Assembly: GCA_007571315.1 (NCBI GenBank)
Contig: RKRP01000054.1
Location: forward strand, 1 to 62,790
Length of the DNA stretch: 62,790 nucleotides
Source: Gammaproteobacteria bacterium
GTDB lineage: Bacteria; Pseudomonadota; Gammaproteobacteria; Steroidobacterales; Foliamicaceae
Direction of reading: 5' to 3'
Notes under the pieces: generated by a model
Seen by the model: only the letters and a program-made list of their open reading frames with translations
The model's database searches: none
Told to the model about the DNA's origin: nothing
Shown here: in pieces, positions 53,210 through 61,252 of the stretch
Position numbering within the stretch: position 1 is the first letter of the stretch
Layout of the letters: every line of letters begins with the position of its first letter
Translations under genes and position numbers: made by a program

Positions 53210-53704
53210 GTGAACGATACGCCGCAAGTGAGCCGCCTGGTGCGCGCCGCCATCTTCGTATCCGATCTGGAAAAATCGGTTCGTTTCTACAAGGAGGCCC
53301 TGGCCTTGACCGGGGTTTACGCCAGGGGAGTGCTAGAGCACAAGGTTGGGCATGCGCTGGTTGGGGTTCCGCAAGACAGCGTGATCCGCTACGAGATCGT
53401 TAAGGCCGACGAACTCAATTTCGGGATGGTGGGCTTGTTTGAAGTGAAGCCTTCGCCGCCGCCGTTGCGCCGCGAGAGCCGGGGCGCCAACTTGGGCGAA
53501 GGCTGCATGGTTTTCTTCGCCACGGACATTCACGCGGCGCGCGATCGCATCGTAAAGCTGGGGGGCGAGATCGTTTGCGAGCCGCAGCTGTTGGCTGTGC
53601 ATACGCTGCGGCAGCTCGAAATGACCTGCCGCGACCCCGACGGCATGCTGATCAACATCATCGAGCGTCCCACCGAGGACTGGAACGACGATGTCGCGCA
53701 ATAG
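53210..53704 (+). CDS. VOC-family protein, paralogue B
   Basis: GTG start. VNDTPQVSRLVRAAIFVSDLEKSVRFYK ... EMTCRDPDGMLINIIE gives the same architecture as 52605..53093. Confidence 0.7.
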   Translation: MNDTPQVSRLVRAAIFVSDLEKSVRFYKEALALTGVYARGVLEHKVGHALVGVPQDSVIRYEIVKADELNFGMVGLFEVKPSPPPLRRESRGANLGEGCMVFFATDIHAARDRIVKLGGEIVCEPQLLAVHTLRQLEMTCRDPDGMLINIIERPTEDWNDDVAQ

Positions 53705-53889
53705 GGCTGGCTCAAGGCTGGCGGGCGTTTCTTTTCTACCGGCCCCGGTCTCGTGGGAGGCGCATGAATCCATCCCGGAACTCGGTGGCGGCATGCCGGA
53801 TGCCGGCGCTCGCACGCGACCGGGGCCGGCGGAAGCCCTGAGGCCAACCGTAGTCGCCTGATTTTTGTGGTTCGGGTTATCGTGGCGGC

Positions 53890-56088
53890 ATGTCGGCCGG
53901 TTCCTTATTGAGGGTAGCCGTGGGGCCTCGCTTCGCAACTCCCTTGCTGGACTATCTGGCGCCCCGCGAAGGGGCTGTTCCTCCTGTGGGGGGGCGCGTT
54001 TCGGTGCCACTCGGCAAGGGACGGCGCGCGGGCTTCGTGCTGGAGCACCTTGACGGGTCGGAAGTGCCCGCCGAACGTCTGCGGCCGGTGCTTGATGTGC
54101 TGGATGCCCAGCCGCTTTGGGATCCGGCCACCCTGGAGTTGTTGCGCTGGGCCGCCAACTACTATTGCCATCCCCTGGGCCAGGTGCTCGCCTATGCAAT
54201 GCCGCAGCAATTGCGCCGCGGCGGCAAAGTGCCGGCCGCGCCCGTGCGATGGCGCGGCCGCAATAAGGCTTTGGGCGACGCGCCGGGCCTGCTGGCGCGT
54301 GCGCCCAGGCAGCGCGAAGTTCTGGAAGCCTTGCTGGCGGCCGGGCGCCGCGGTCTGGCGGAAGAAGCGCTTGCCGCGCTTGCGCCCGGCTGGCGGAGGA
54401 TTGTTCGGACGCTTGAGGACAAGGGGCTGGCCGAAGCCTTCGAGCCTGGTGCCGCGGGGCTTGCGGACATGCTGCGCGAGGCGCCGTTTGCGCTGAGCGC
54501 CGAGCAGTCCGCCGCAGTGAACGCCATGCGGCTGGACCAGGGCTATGCTTGCCACCTGCTGGATGGCGTAACGGCGAGCGGTAAAACGGAGGTGTACCTG
54601 CGCCTGGCGGAAAAGGTGCTGGCCTCTCATCGGCAATGTCTGCTTCTGGCGCCGGAAATCGGGCTGACCCCGCAGCTTGCTGGCAGGCTCATGGCCCGCT
54701 TTCGCGTGCCCGCGGCGGTGCTGCATTCGGGTTTGAATGCCGGCGAGCGCCTGCGCGCCTGGGCGGATGCCCGGTCCGGGCGGGCAAGACTGGTGGTGGG
54801 CACCCGCTCCGCCGTGTTCACGCCCTGCCCGGAGCTTGGCCTGATCGTAGTCGATGAAGAACACGACCCGTCCTACAAGCAACAGGACGGCTTTCGCTAC
54901 CAGGCCCGCGACCTGGCCGTGATGCGCGCGTCCAGTGCCGGGATTCCGGTGGTCCTGGGCTCCGCCACGCCAGCGCTTGAGTCACTGCTGAATGTTCGAA
55001 GAGGGCGCTACGCGCACTGGCGCCTTACCAAAAAGGTTGCCGGAACGCGGCCGCCGCTGGCCCGGCTTGTGGACCTCAACCAGCATCCGCCCAAGGGTGG
55101 ATTGAGTGCGCCGCTGGTCCGCGCCATGTCCGCGCAACTCGATTCCGGATCGCAGGTGCTGCTGTATCTCAACCGGCGGGGCTTTGCGCCGGTGCTGATG
55201 TGCGCGGATTGCCGGCGCGCGGAAGAATGCAGCCACTGCGACGCCCGTTTGGTGTTCTACCGAAGGCGCGATCTTTTAATCTGCCATCATTGTGGCGCTT
55301 TCCGCCGTCCGCCGCCCGGCTGCGGCAACTGCGGCGGGCCGCTGCAATCGATCGGGCGCGGAACGGAGCGGCTGGAGGAAGAGCTTCAGGCTCGCTTTCC
55401 CGATTATCCGGTGGCGCGCATGGACCGCGACAACGTGCGCGGCCGGCGCAGGCTGGAACACATCCTGGGCGGCATTCGCGAGCGTCGCTATCGCATCCTG
55501 CTCGGCACCCAGATGCTTACCAAGGGCCACGACTTCCCCGGCCTCGGATTGGTGGGGGTGATAGACGCTGACCAGGGCATGTTTTCGCAGGAATTCCGCG
55601 GGCCGGAAAGGCTGGCGCAAACGCTGGTTCAGGTTGCCGGCAGGGCCGGGCGCCGCGAGCAGCCCGGGCTGCTGGTGTTGCAGACCCGCTTTCCCGAGCA
55701 TCCCCTGCTTCGCCAGTTGCTGAAGGAGGGTTATGCGGGCTTTGCCGATGCCGCCCTGGACCTTCGCAGGAGCACCGGCTGGCCGCCATTCGCGCACCTT
55801 GCTGTGCTGCGCGCCAGCGCGCCGGAAGCGGCGAGCGTTCGCGCATTCCTTATTGACGCGAAAGACTCCGCGCCGCAAGCAGGCGGTTTTGCGGTGGAGG
55901 CGCTGGGCCCCGCTCCCGCCCTGATGGAGCGCAGGCGCGACCGCAATCACGCGCGCCTTTTGTTGCGCTCCTCCAGCCGCGCCGCTCTCCAGGAGTTCCT
56001 GCGCCGCTGGATTCCCGCGGTCCGCGCCCTCAAGCGCCCGCGCCGCGTAACCTGGTCCGTAGATGTGGATCCCGCCGAAATCGGCTAA
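53890..56088 (+). CDS. priA: primosomal protein N-prime (replication restart helicase)
   Basis: Walker A DGVTASGKTEVY, DEEH, and the Cys-rich Zn insertion CADCRR..CSHCD...CHHCG...CGNCGG. Confidence 0.95.
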   Translation: MSAGSLLRVAVGPRFATPLLDYLAPREGAVPPVGGRVSVPLGKGRRAGFVLEHLDGSEVPAERLRPVLDVLDAQPLWDPATLELLRWAANYYCHPLGQVLAYAMPQQLRRGGKVPAAPVRWRGRNKALGDAPGLLARAPRQREVLEALLAAGRRGLAEEALAALAPGWRRIVRTLEDKGLAEAFEPGAAGLADMLREAPFALSAEQSAAVNAMRLDQGYACHLLDGVTASGKTEVYLRLAEKVLASHRQCLLLAPEIGLTPQLAGRLMARFRVPAAVLHSGLNAGERLRAWADARSGRARLVVGTRSAVFTPCPELGLIVVDEEHDPSYKQQDGFRYQARDLAVMRASSAGIPVVLGSATPALESLLNVRRGRYAHWRLTKKVAGTRPPLARLVDLNQHPPKGGLSAPLVRAMSAQLDSGSQVLLYLNRRGFAPVLMCADCRRAEECSHCDARLVFYRRRDLLICHHCGAFRRPPPGCGNCGGPLQSIGRGTERLEEELQARFPDYPVARMDRDNVRGRRRLEHILGGIRERRYRILLGTQMLTKGHDFPGLGLVGVIDADQGMFSQEFRGPERLAQTLVQVAGRAGRREQPGLLVLQTRFPEHPLLRQLLKEGYAGFADAALDLRRSTGWPPFAHLAVLRASAPEAASVRAFLIDAKDSAPQAGGFAVEALGPAPALMERRRDRNHARLLLRSSSRAALQEFLRRWIPAVRALKRPRRVTWSVDVDPAEIG

Positions 56089-56939
56089 ACCAGCCACAGC
56101 CTCATCTCGCGGGCGTATTGCTTCCAAGCCAAATCCAGCATGTTCCGGCTCACTTCCGGGATCTCAACGTAATGGGCCTGGGGCAGCAGCTCCGCATGCG
56201 CTCGCCGCGTGTCGTCCAGCAGCATTTCGTGAGGCTGCAGGATAGCGACCGGATGAGTGAGCCGAGGCAGGCGTTCTTCAACCGGATAGCTCCACACGGC
56301 ATCGTAGGCGTGCCAGTGCCTTGCAAGAGGGCTCAGCGCTTCCACGAACACCTGCGCCGCGCGTTCAAGGGGCACGCCCTCCGCCCTCCCGGCCACGATC
56401 ACATTCCAGCAATCCATGATCCAGGCCCCGTCCTCCGTCAGCTTTGCGTCGCGGGGCAGTCCGTTAAAAATCTTCTTGCGTTCCTTCGGAGTCTTGTAGG
56501 GAATGCCGCTCATCACGATGCGGCGCACCAGGTCCGGGCGCATTAGCGCCAGTTCGGAGGCGATGAAAACCCCCGTGTGCAGGCCAAACACATCAACCGC
56601 TCCCTTGCCTTGGTCCCCGAAGCCTAGGCCGTCCAGCGCATCCGCCATGGCGCCCGCCAGGTCCTCCATTGCGGGCACGCTGGGACAGCGGTCCGACCTG
56701 CCGTAGCCGGGCGTGTCCAGCGCCAGCGCCTCGCGGTCGCGCCCCATTTCCCGCAGCAGCAGGTCGTACTCGAACGCCGACTTGTGGTTTTGATGAAAGA
56801 ATGCCAGGGCAGTCTTGCCGCCGCCTTCGTGGCCAGGCCAGGCGCGGTGATAGTGGATCTGCCCAAAACGGCCATCCACATAACCCCGTTTGTAATCTGC
56901 TATCGCCACTTGTTCAAAAACCCGCAAACCCGCCCGCAA
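56085..56939 (-). CDS. alpha/beta-fold hydrolase family protein (atypical nucleophile elbow)
   Basis: 284 aa with an alpha/beta-fold layout. The elbow reads FGLHTGV (56571-56585) instead of GxSxG. Confidence 0.65.
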   Translation of the reverse strand: MRAGLRVFEQVAIADYKRGYVDGRFGQIHYHRAWPGHEGGGKTALAFFHQNHKSAFEYDLLLREMGRDREALALDTPGYGRSDRCPSVPAMEDLAGAMADALDGLGFGDQGKGAVDVFGLHTGVFIASELALMRPDLVRRIVMSGIPYKTPKERKKIFNGLPRDAKLTEDGAWIMDCWNVIVAGRAEGVPLERAAQVFVEALSPLARHWHAYDAVWSYPVEERLPRLTHPVAILQPHEMLLDDTRRAHAELLPQAHYVEIPEVSRNMLDLAWKQYAREMRLWLV

Positions 56940-57045
56940 TCATAGCCTGCGCCCGCGCCCTGCACTGGGGTAGCAAGGGGTTTCCTCAATTCTGAAAAGC
57001 GAGTGCGTTCCGCCAGCCGGGTGCTTAATGCCGTCGGGGTGAGCG

Positions 57046-58083
57046 TTGGTGAAAGGTAGAATGAGGGTGTGGGACGATGCCGCTGATGTTATGACTGCTC
57101 CTGTGGAACGCGCTCGCTGGAAGCCGCTTGGTGGAATGCCGGGCGGCGCGGAGGAGTGGGGGTCGGCGGATTACGTTCGGCTAACTGGGCGTTGGGAGGA
57201 GATTCGCGCCAAGTTGACGAGTCCAGGGACGGAGCGGCCGCCGCTCGACATTTTTCTGCGCGAGCGGCGGCGGGAGTTCGCCATCGAAACCGGACAGATC
57301 GAGGGGTTATATACGCTCAGGCGGGGAATTACCGAGCAGTTGATCACGGAGGGTCTGGATGGGGTTCGCAGCGTCCACACGTTCGAGGGCGTGGACGATG
57401 CGACTATCCAGGGGCTGCTGGCCGACCAGGAAGCGGCGCTGGAACTCGTGTTTGCCGTCGTTAAGCAGGAACGCCCGCTGTCGCACTCGGTGCTTTGCGA
57501 ATGGCACGCGCTGCTCACCCGTCACCAGGAGACCGTGGTGGGCCTCACGCTTGAAGGGTGCCGCGTGCAGGTTCCGTTTGAAGAAAAGGGCGTGTACAAA
57601 ATCCGTCCGAACAACCCGCGCCGGCCCGACGGGGTGATTCACGAGTATTGCCCCCCGGAGCAGTGCCGCAGCGAAATGGATCGGTTGTTTTCCCTGTATG
57701 CGGACATTCAGAAGAAAAATTACCCAGTGGAGGCGGAAGCAGCATGGCTGCATCATCGTTTCGTGGCCATTCATCCATTCCGCGATGGCAACGGCCGCGT
57801 GTCCCGGCTATTGATGGCTTATGCGTATGTGCTGCGCGGCCTGCCTCCGCCGGTTATTCGGGCGGCGGAGCGCGAGGCTTACATTGATGCCCTGGAGGCG
57901 GCGGATGGCGGCAACTTGCGCCCCTTCACCGAGGAGTTGGCTGACTGGGCAACGCCCACTTTGCGGCGCGCGGTTCGAGCCGCGGAGCGCGCCCTTCAAG
58001 GCCATCAGCGGATCAACCATCCGAACGGCGGCGTTACCAACAACGGGCGCTACTATCCCCCCCGCCCTGAACCTGGAATCTAG
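57046..58083 (+). CDS. Fic-domain protein (class II, internal inhibitory helix)
   Basis: The Fic motif is HPFRDGNGRVSRLL. The upstream TGQIEG fits the (S/T)xxxE(G/N) inhibitory motif. The start is uncertain (GTG 57046 or a downstream ATG). Confidence 0.85.
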   Translation: MVKGRMRVWDDAADVMTAPVERARWKPLGGMPGGAEEWGSADYVRLTGRWEEIRAKLTSPGTERPPLDIFLRERRREFAIETGQIEGLYTLRRGITEQLITEGLDGVRSVHTFEGVDDATIQGLLADQEAALELVFAVVKQERPLSHSVLCEWHALLTRHQETVVGLTLEGCRVQVPFEEKGVYKIRPNNPRRPDGVIHEYCPPEQCRSEMDRLFSLYADIQKKNYPVEAEAAWLHHRFVAIHPFRDGNGRVSRLLMAYAYVLRGLPPPVIRAAEREAYIDALEAADGGNLRPFTEELADWATPTLRRAVRAAERALQGHQRINHPNGGVTNNGRYYPPRPEPGI

Positions 58084-58193
58084 TCGCTAATACTTGCTTA
58101 TTGCTCCGGGATGAGGGTCTGCTCGGGATCGCAAGGCATATCCCCGCACTCCTGATCGCCGCCGCCGACTAGCCCATTCGCGGCGGCGTTTGC

Positions 58194-58307
58194 CTTAGAA
58201 TGCGCATTGGGCAGGGAAGCCGGCGGCGGGAATCAAACCCGCGCCCACCAGTTGACAATCCTGCGGACAGCATCAGCAGCTCGGTGGCTTCCAATGCTCA
58301 TTCTAGG
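58194..58307 (-). other. structured element with a tRNA T-arm-like hairpin; not a canonical tRNA
   Basis: The outer inverted repeat 58194-58210 / 58291-58307 matches at 15 of 17 positions. An inner pair is GGAAGCC/GGCTTCC. The minus strand has a T-arm-like GCGGG-TTTGATT-CCCGC. I could not fold D or anticodon arms. Confidence 0.3.
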
Positions 58308-58450
58308 CGCCCGGCTTGCCTTTCGCCCAGTTCCGCCTGCGCCGCTTTCAGCGCCTTGAGCAGCATCTCGCCTGCCTCCGGGGAAAAGCGAGCTTCCAGT
58401 TTCACGCTGCTGTCGGCTTCACCCCGGCAGTCTAGGCAGCGCCGCTTGCA

Positions 58451-59491
58451 TCAGCGGTTGTGGGCGGGATGCGTCAGCTTTTCCAGGGACTCGCGGAATT
58501 CGTAGCCTTTCCGGTAGCAAGAGGCCAGGAACTCGCCTGTGTTTACGGCCAGCGAGCGCGAGTCGGGATCGTTGACGGTGAACACGATTGACGCGAGTTC
58601 TCCCTTGCGGCGGATCGAAAAATAGATGAAGTCCGGACGGGTGGAGTAGTACGGATACTCCTTGTCGCGCATCAGAACGGTGAATTGCTCGCCGTCCCGC
58701 TCGCGTGTGACATCGAAAGAGCCGCCCTGACTGTGCAGCCGCAAATTCCTGATCGCCTGCGGTTCCGGTCCGCGCGGGTCGAAGGTGAAATCGCAGATGA
58801 ACTGCTTGACCCGCCGCAACTCGAAGGGCTGGTCCACAGGCATTCCGATGTGCAGGCTGTCGTCCGCCACCAGGAAGGTGGAATCCACCCGCCAGTAGCG
58901 GGTGGCGGAAAGGTGCAGATTGTGCACCGAATAGCGGCGCGTGCCGCCCTCGCCAAAAACGCAGGCTTTCGGTCGCATGCCGCCCTCGAACTGCCCGGCC
59001 ACGCGCTTCCAGTACACATCGCACTGGTCCAGGAAAAATGCGTCTGAGGGCTTGAGATCGTCGAAAAGGCCAGGTTTGCGCGGGGCGCCCAGAAAACGCT
59101 CCGGCTCATGGAAGAAGCCCTGCCGCATGCGAATGCCGCCCGCCTCCGGGGCCGACGAAAAGATCACCAGGCGCTGGCGGAAAACCTTTTCCGGATTGTT
59201 CTCCGTGTATTCCTCCACGTAGAAGACATGCTCGCCGAAATCCGGCGCCTTGATGCGTTTGTGGGTGGTATGCAGGCGCGCATGGCGAGCGTCATAGGGC
59301 GTTGCCGATCTCGGGTCGGCCTGGAACCAGCGCTGCTCCTCGTTGTCGAACTCGCCCTCGAACCATTCCGTAAGCACTAGGAGATCGCGAGCGAAGGGAT
59401 CATTCTCGGGCGCGGCGGTTGCGGCGGCGGGAGCGCAGGCAAGAACGCACGCAAGACCGAGCGCCAGCGCAAGAAGGAGAATTCTCATCAT
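58451..59491 (-). CDS. secreted CpcT/CpeT-like (DUF1001) protein, two-domain
   Basis: The leader is MMRILLLALALGLACVLACAPA. The block LTEWFEGEFDNEEQ resembles the CpcT-family N-terminal signature as I recall it. The family assignment is tentative. Confidence 0.45.
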   Translation of the reverse strand: MMRILLLALALGLACVLACAPAAATAAPENDPFARDLLVLTEWFEGEFDNEEQRWFQADPRSATPYDARHARLHTTHKRIKAPDFGEHVFYVEEYTENNPEKVFRQRLVIFSSAPEAGGIRMRQGFFHEPERFLGAPRKPGLFDDLKPSDAFFLDQCDVYWKRVAGQFEGGMRPKACVFGEGGTRRYSVHNLHLSATRYWRVDSTFLVADDSLHIGMPVDQPFELRRVKQFICDFTFDPRGPEPQAIRNLRLHSQGGSFDVTRERDGEQFTVLMRDKEYPYYSTRPDFIYFSIRRKGELASIVFTVNDPDSRSLAVNTGEFLASCYRKGYEFRESLEKLTHPAHNR

Positions 59492-59535
59492 GGGCGTTCG
59501 GTCACTCGGCATGGTGTTCCGCGACACTTGGGCGC

Positions 59536-61041
59536 TCAGGCGCGCAGCAGCGCGTCCACCGCGGCGCGCTCGCCCGACTCGAACGCTCCCTCCATGCCGC
59601 GCTCCAGCAGGGCCGTGTGTTCTCCGGCGAAATGAATATTGCCGTGAGCCTCGCGCATATGCGCGGCGAACCGCGACACCTGCCCGGGGCGCCAGAACAC
59701 CCAGTCCCCGCCGCCATGGACTTCGCGATGACAGGATTGGATGCCGATGGGTTCGAGCGCGCCTTTCAGCGCCGGCCGCGCCCGCTCCAGCGCCCTCATT
59801 GTGAACTCGGCGACCTGCTCATCGGTCATGAAGTCGTACTTGTAGGCATCGTTGCCGTTGATGAAGGCCACTGCCGAGGTCGGCTCGCCGTTCGGCCCCC
59901 GGTGATGCACGCCGAAGCGCTCGAAGGGCTCGTCAGTCCACATGCTGGCGGGCAGTTCGTCGAACTCCCAGAAGTTCTTCTTCAGCAGAAAATGCACTTG
60001 GATGGAGGTTCCGTAGTCGATTTCATCAATCGCCCGTTCCATGCGCGCCGGAAGGCGGGGAGTGAACTTCACCTTGCGCAGCACCGGGTAGGGCATGGAG
60101 CAGATGGCCTGGCGAGCGGTATAGCGCGTGCCGTCCATGCAATGCGCGGTAACCTCGCTCCCGTTGTCCTCGAAGGCGTAAACCGTTTTGTTCAGTTCAA
60201 CCGGATTTTCCAAAGATGCCGCCATGGCTTCCGGAAGGCGGGAGTTGCCCCCCTTGATTTGCCTCCACGCGGGCAGGTCCGGCCGGGTGGCGGCCAGCTT
60301 GGCGCTGAACTCGCCCACCGCGTAGCGGCGCATTTCATGCAAGGCCGATGTATTGTTCATGTGGTCGGTATGAATCACCACATTCATCAGACGAATCGTT
60401 TCCTCGTTGAAACCAAGGTATTCCTTCAAATAATGCGTTTGCGGAATGTCATAGCGCGCCAATTCCGGCGTAATCCAGGCATCCAGGGGCTGGCCCGAAA
60501 GCGGATTGTTCTTGTGCGACAGAACGAACAGCATGCGGTGGGGCAGGATTTGCCGGTCGTCGCCCTGCATGGGGTTGAGCGGGTGGCCTGGCCAGTCCGC
60601 GGCGAGGATGTACTCGCCCCGGATGCGGTAGCACCATTCGCGAATGTCGGATACCTCGTTAGGCCCAAGCATTTCCAGGCCCAGCTTGCTGGCCGTGTCC
60701 ATCATGCGGGCGTAGTTGGCGCCCATCCATTCGCCGCCCGCTTCGGGGTTGCCCGGCACATCCATCAACGTATAGACACGGCCGCCAATCCGGTTTCGGC
60801 CTTCGAGAGTCAGCACGTTAAGCCCCTGTTCCTGCAGAAGGCAGGCGGCGTGCAGGCCGGACAGGCCGGCGCCAATCACGAGGGCGTCCAGGCCCTTGTA
60901 ATTTGTCGCGGCGCGGGCAGCGCCGGGCAGCGCCGCCACCGCCAGCGCGCTTGCGCTGGAACCGATAAAGCGCCGGCGAGAGTATCGCCTGGGTCCCATG
61001 GCCAGTTCTCTGCCTTGTGCCGTTTTCGTGTGATCGGGCAT
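59536..61041 (-). CDS. flavin-containing amine oxidase with Tat signal
   Basis: SRRRFIGSSASALAVAALPGAARA is the leader and ALVIGAGLSGLHAACLLQEQG is the FAD fold. The C-terminal FAGEHTA block is present. The start is uncertain (61041 or 60999). Confidence 0.8.
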   Translation of the reverse strand: MPDHTKTAQGRELAMGPRRYSRRRFIGSSASALAVAALPGAARAATNYKGLDALVIGAGLSGLHAACLLQEQGLNVLTLEGRNRIGGRVYTLMDVPGNPEAGGEWMGANYARMMDTASKLGLEMLGPNEVSDIREWCYRIRGEYILAADWPGHPLNPMQGDDRQILPHRMLFVLSHKNNPLSGQPLDAWITPELARYDIPQTHYLKEYLGFNEETIRLMNVVIHTDHMNNTSALHEMRRYAVGEFSAKLAATRPDLPAWRQIKGGNSRLPEAMAASLENPVELNKTVYAFEDNGSEVTAHCMDGTRYTARQAICSMPYPVLRKVKFTPRLPARMERAIDEIDYGTSIQVHFLLKKNFWEFDELPASMWTDEPFERFGVHHRGPNGEPTSAVAFINGNDAYKYDFMTDEQVAEFTMRALERARPALKGALEPIGIQSCHREVHGGGDWVFWRPGQVSRFAAHMREAHGNIHFAGEHTALLERGMEGAFESGERAAVDALLRA

Positions 61042-61252
61042 GCAATCCCCCTGCGCGGAGCAATCGTGCAGGCAATATAACGGAGTACTCCCGCCATGAC
61101 CCCTCAATGACGTTATTTTCCGGTGGCTGTGTTAGTGTCGCTGACGCAACACCCGGTTCGTTTCCCCGCTCGGTTAAGGAGTGGTTTGCCAGCTTTGGCA
61201 GCAGGCTCGAGCGGGGGGAGGTAAGAAATGAGCAATCCGTTCGGTAACCAGG

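Noticed and set aside
58215-58295. Possible tRNA, tRNA-Sec or tmRNA gene on the minus strand
   Set aside because: Only a T-arm-like hairpin and an acceptor-like pairing are present. Four extra nucleotides sit between them. No D-arm or 7-nt anticodon loop could be folded, there is no CCA or G3:U70, and the tmRNA 5' half is missing. It is kept only as a structured element.
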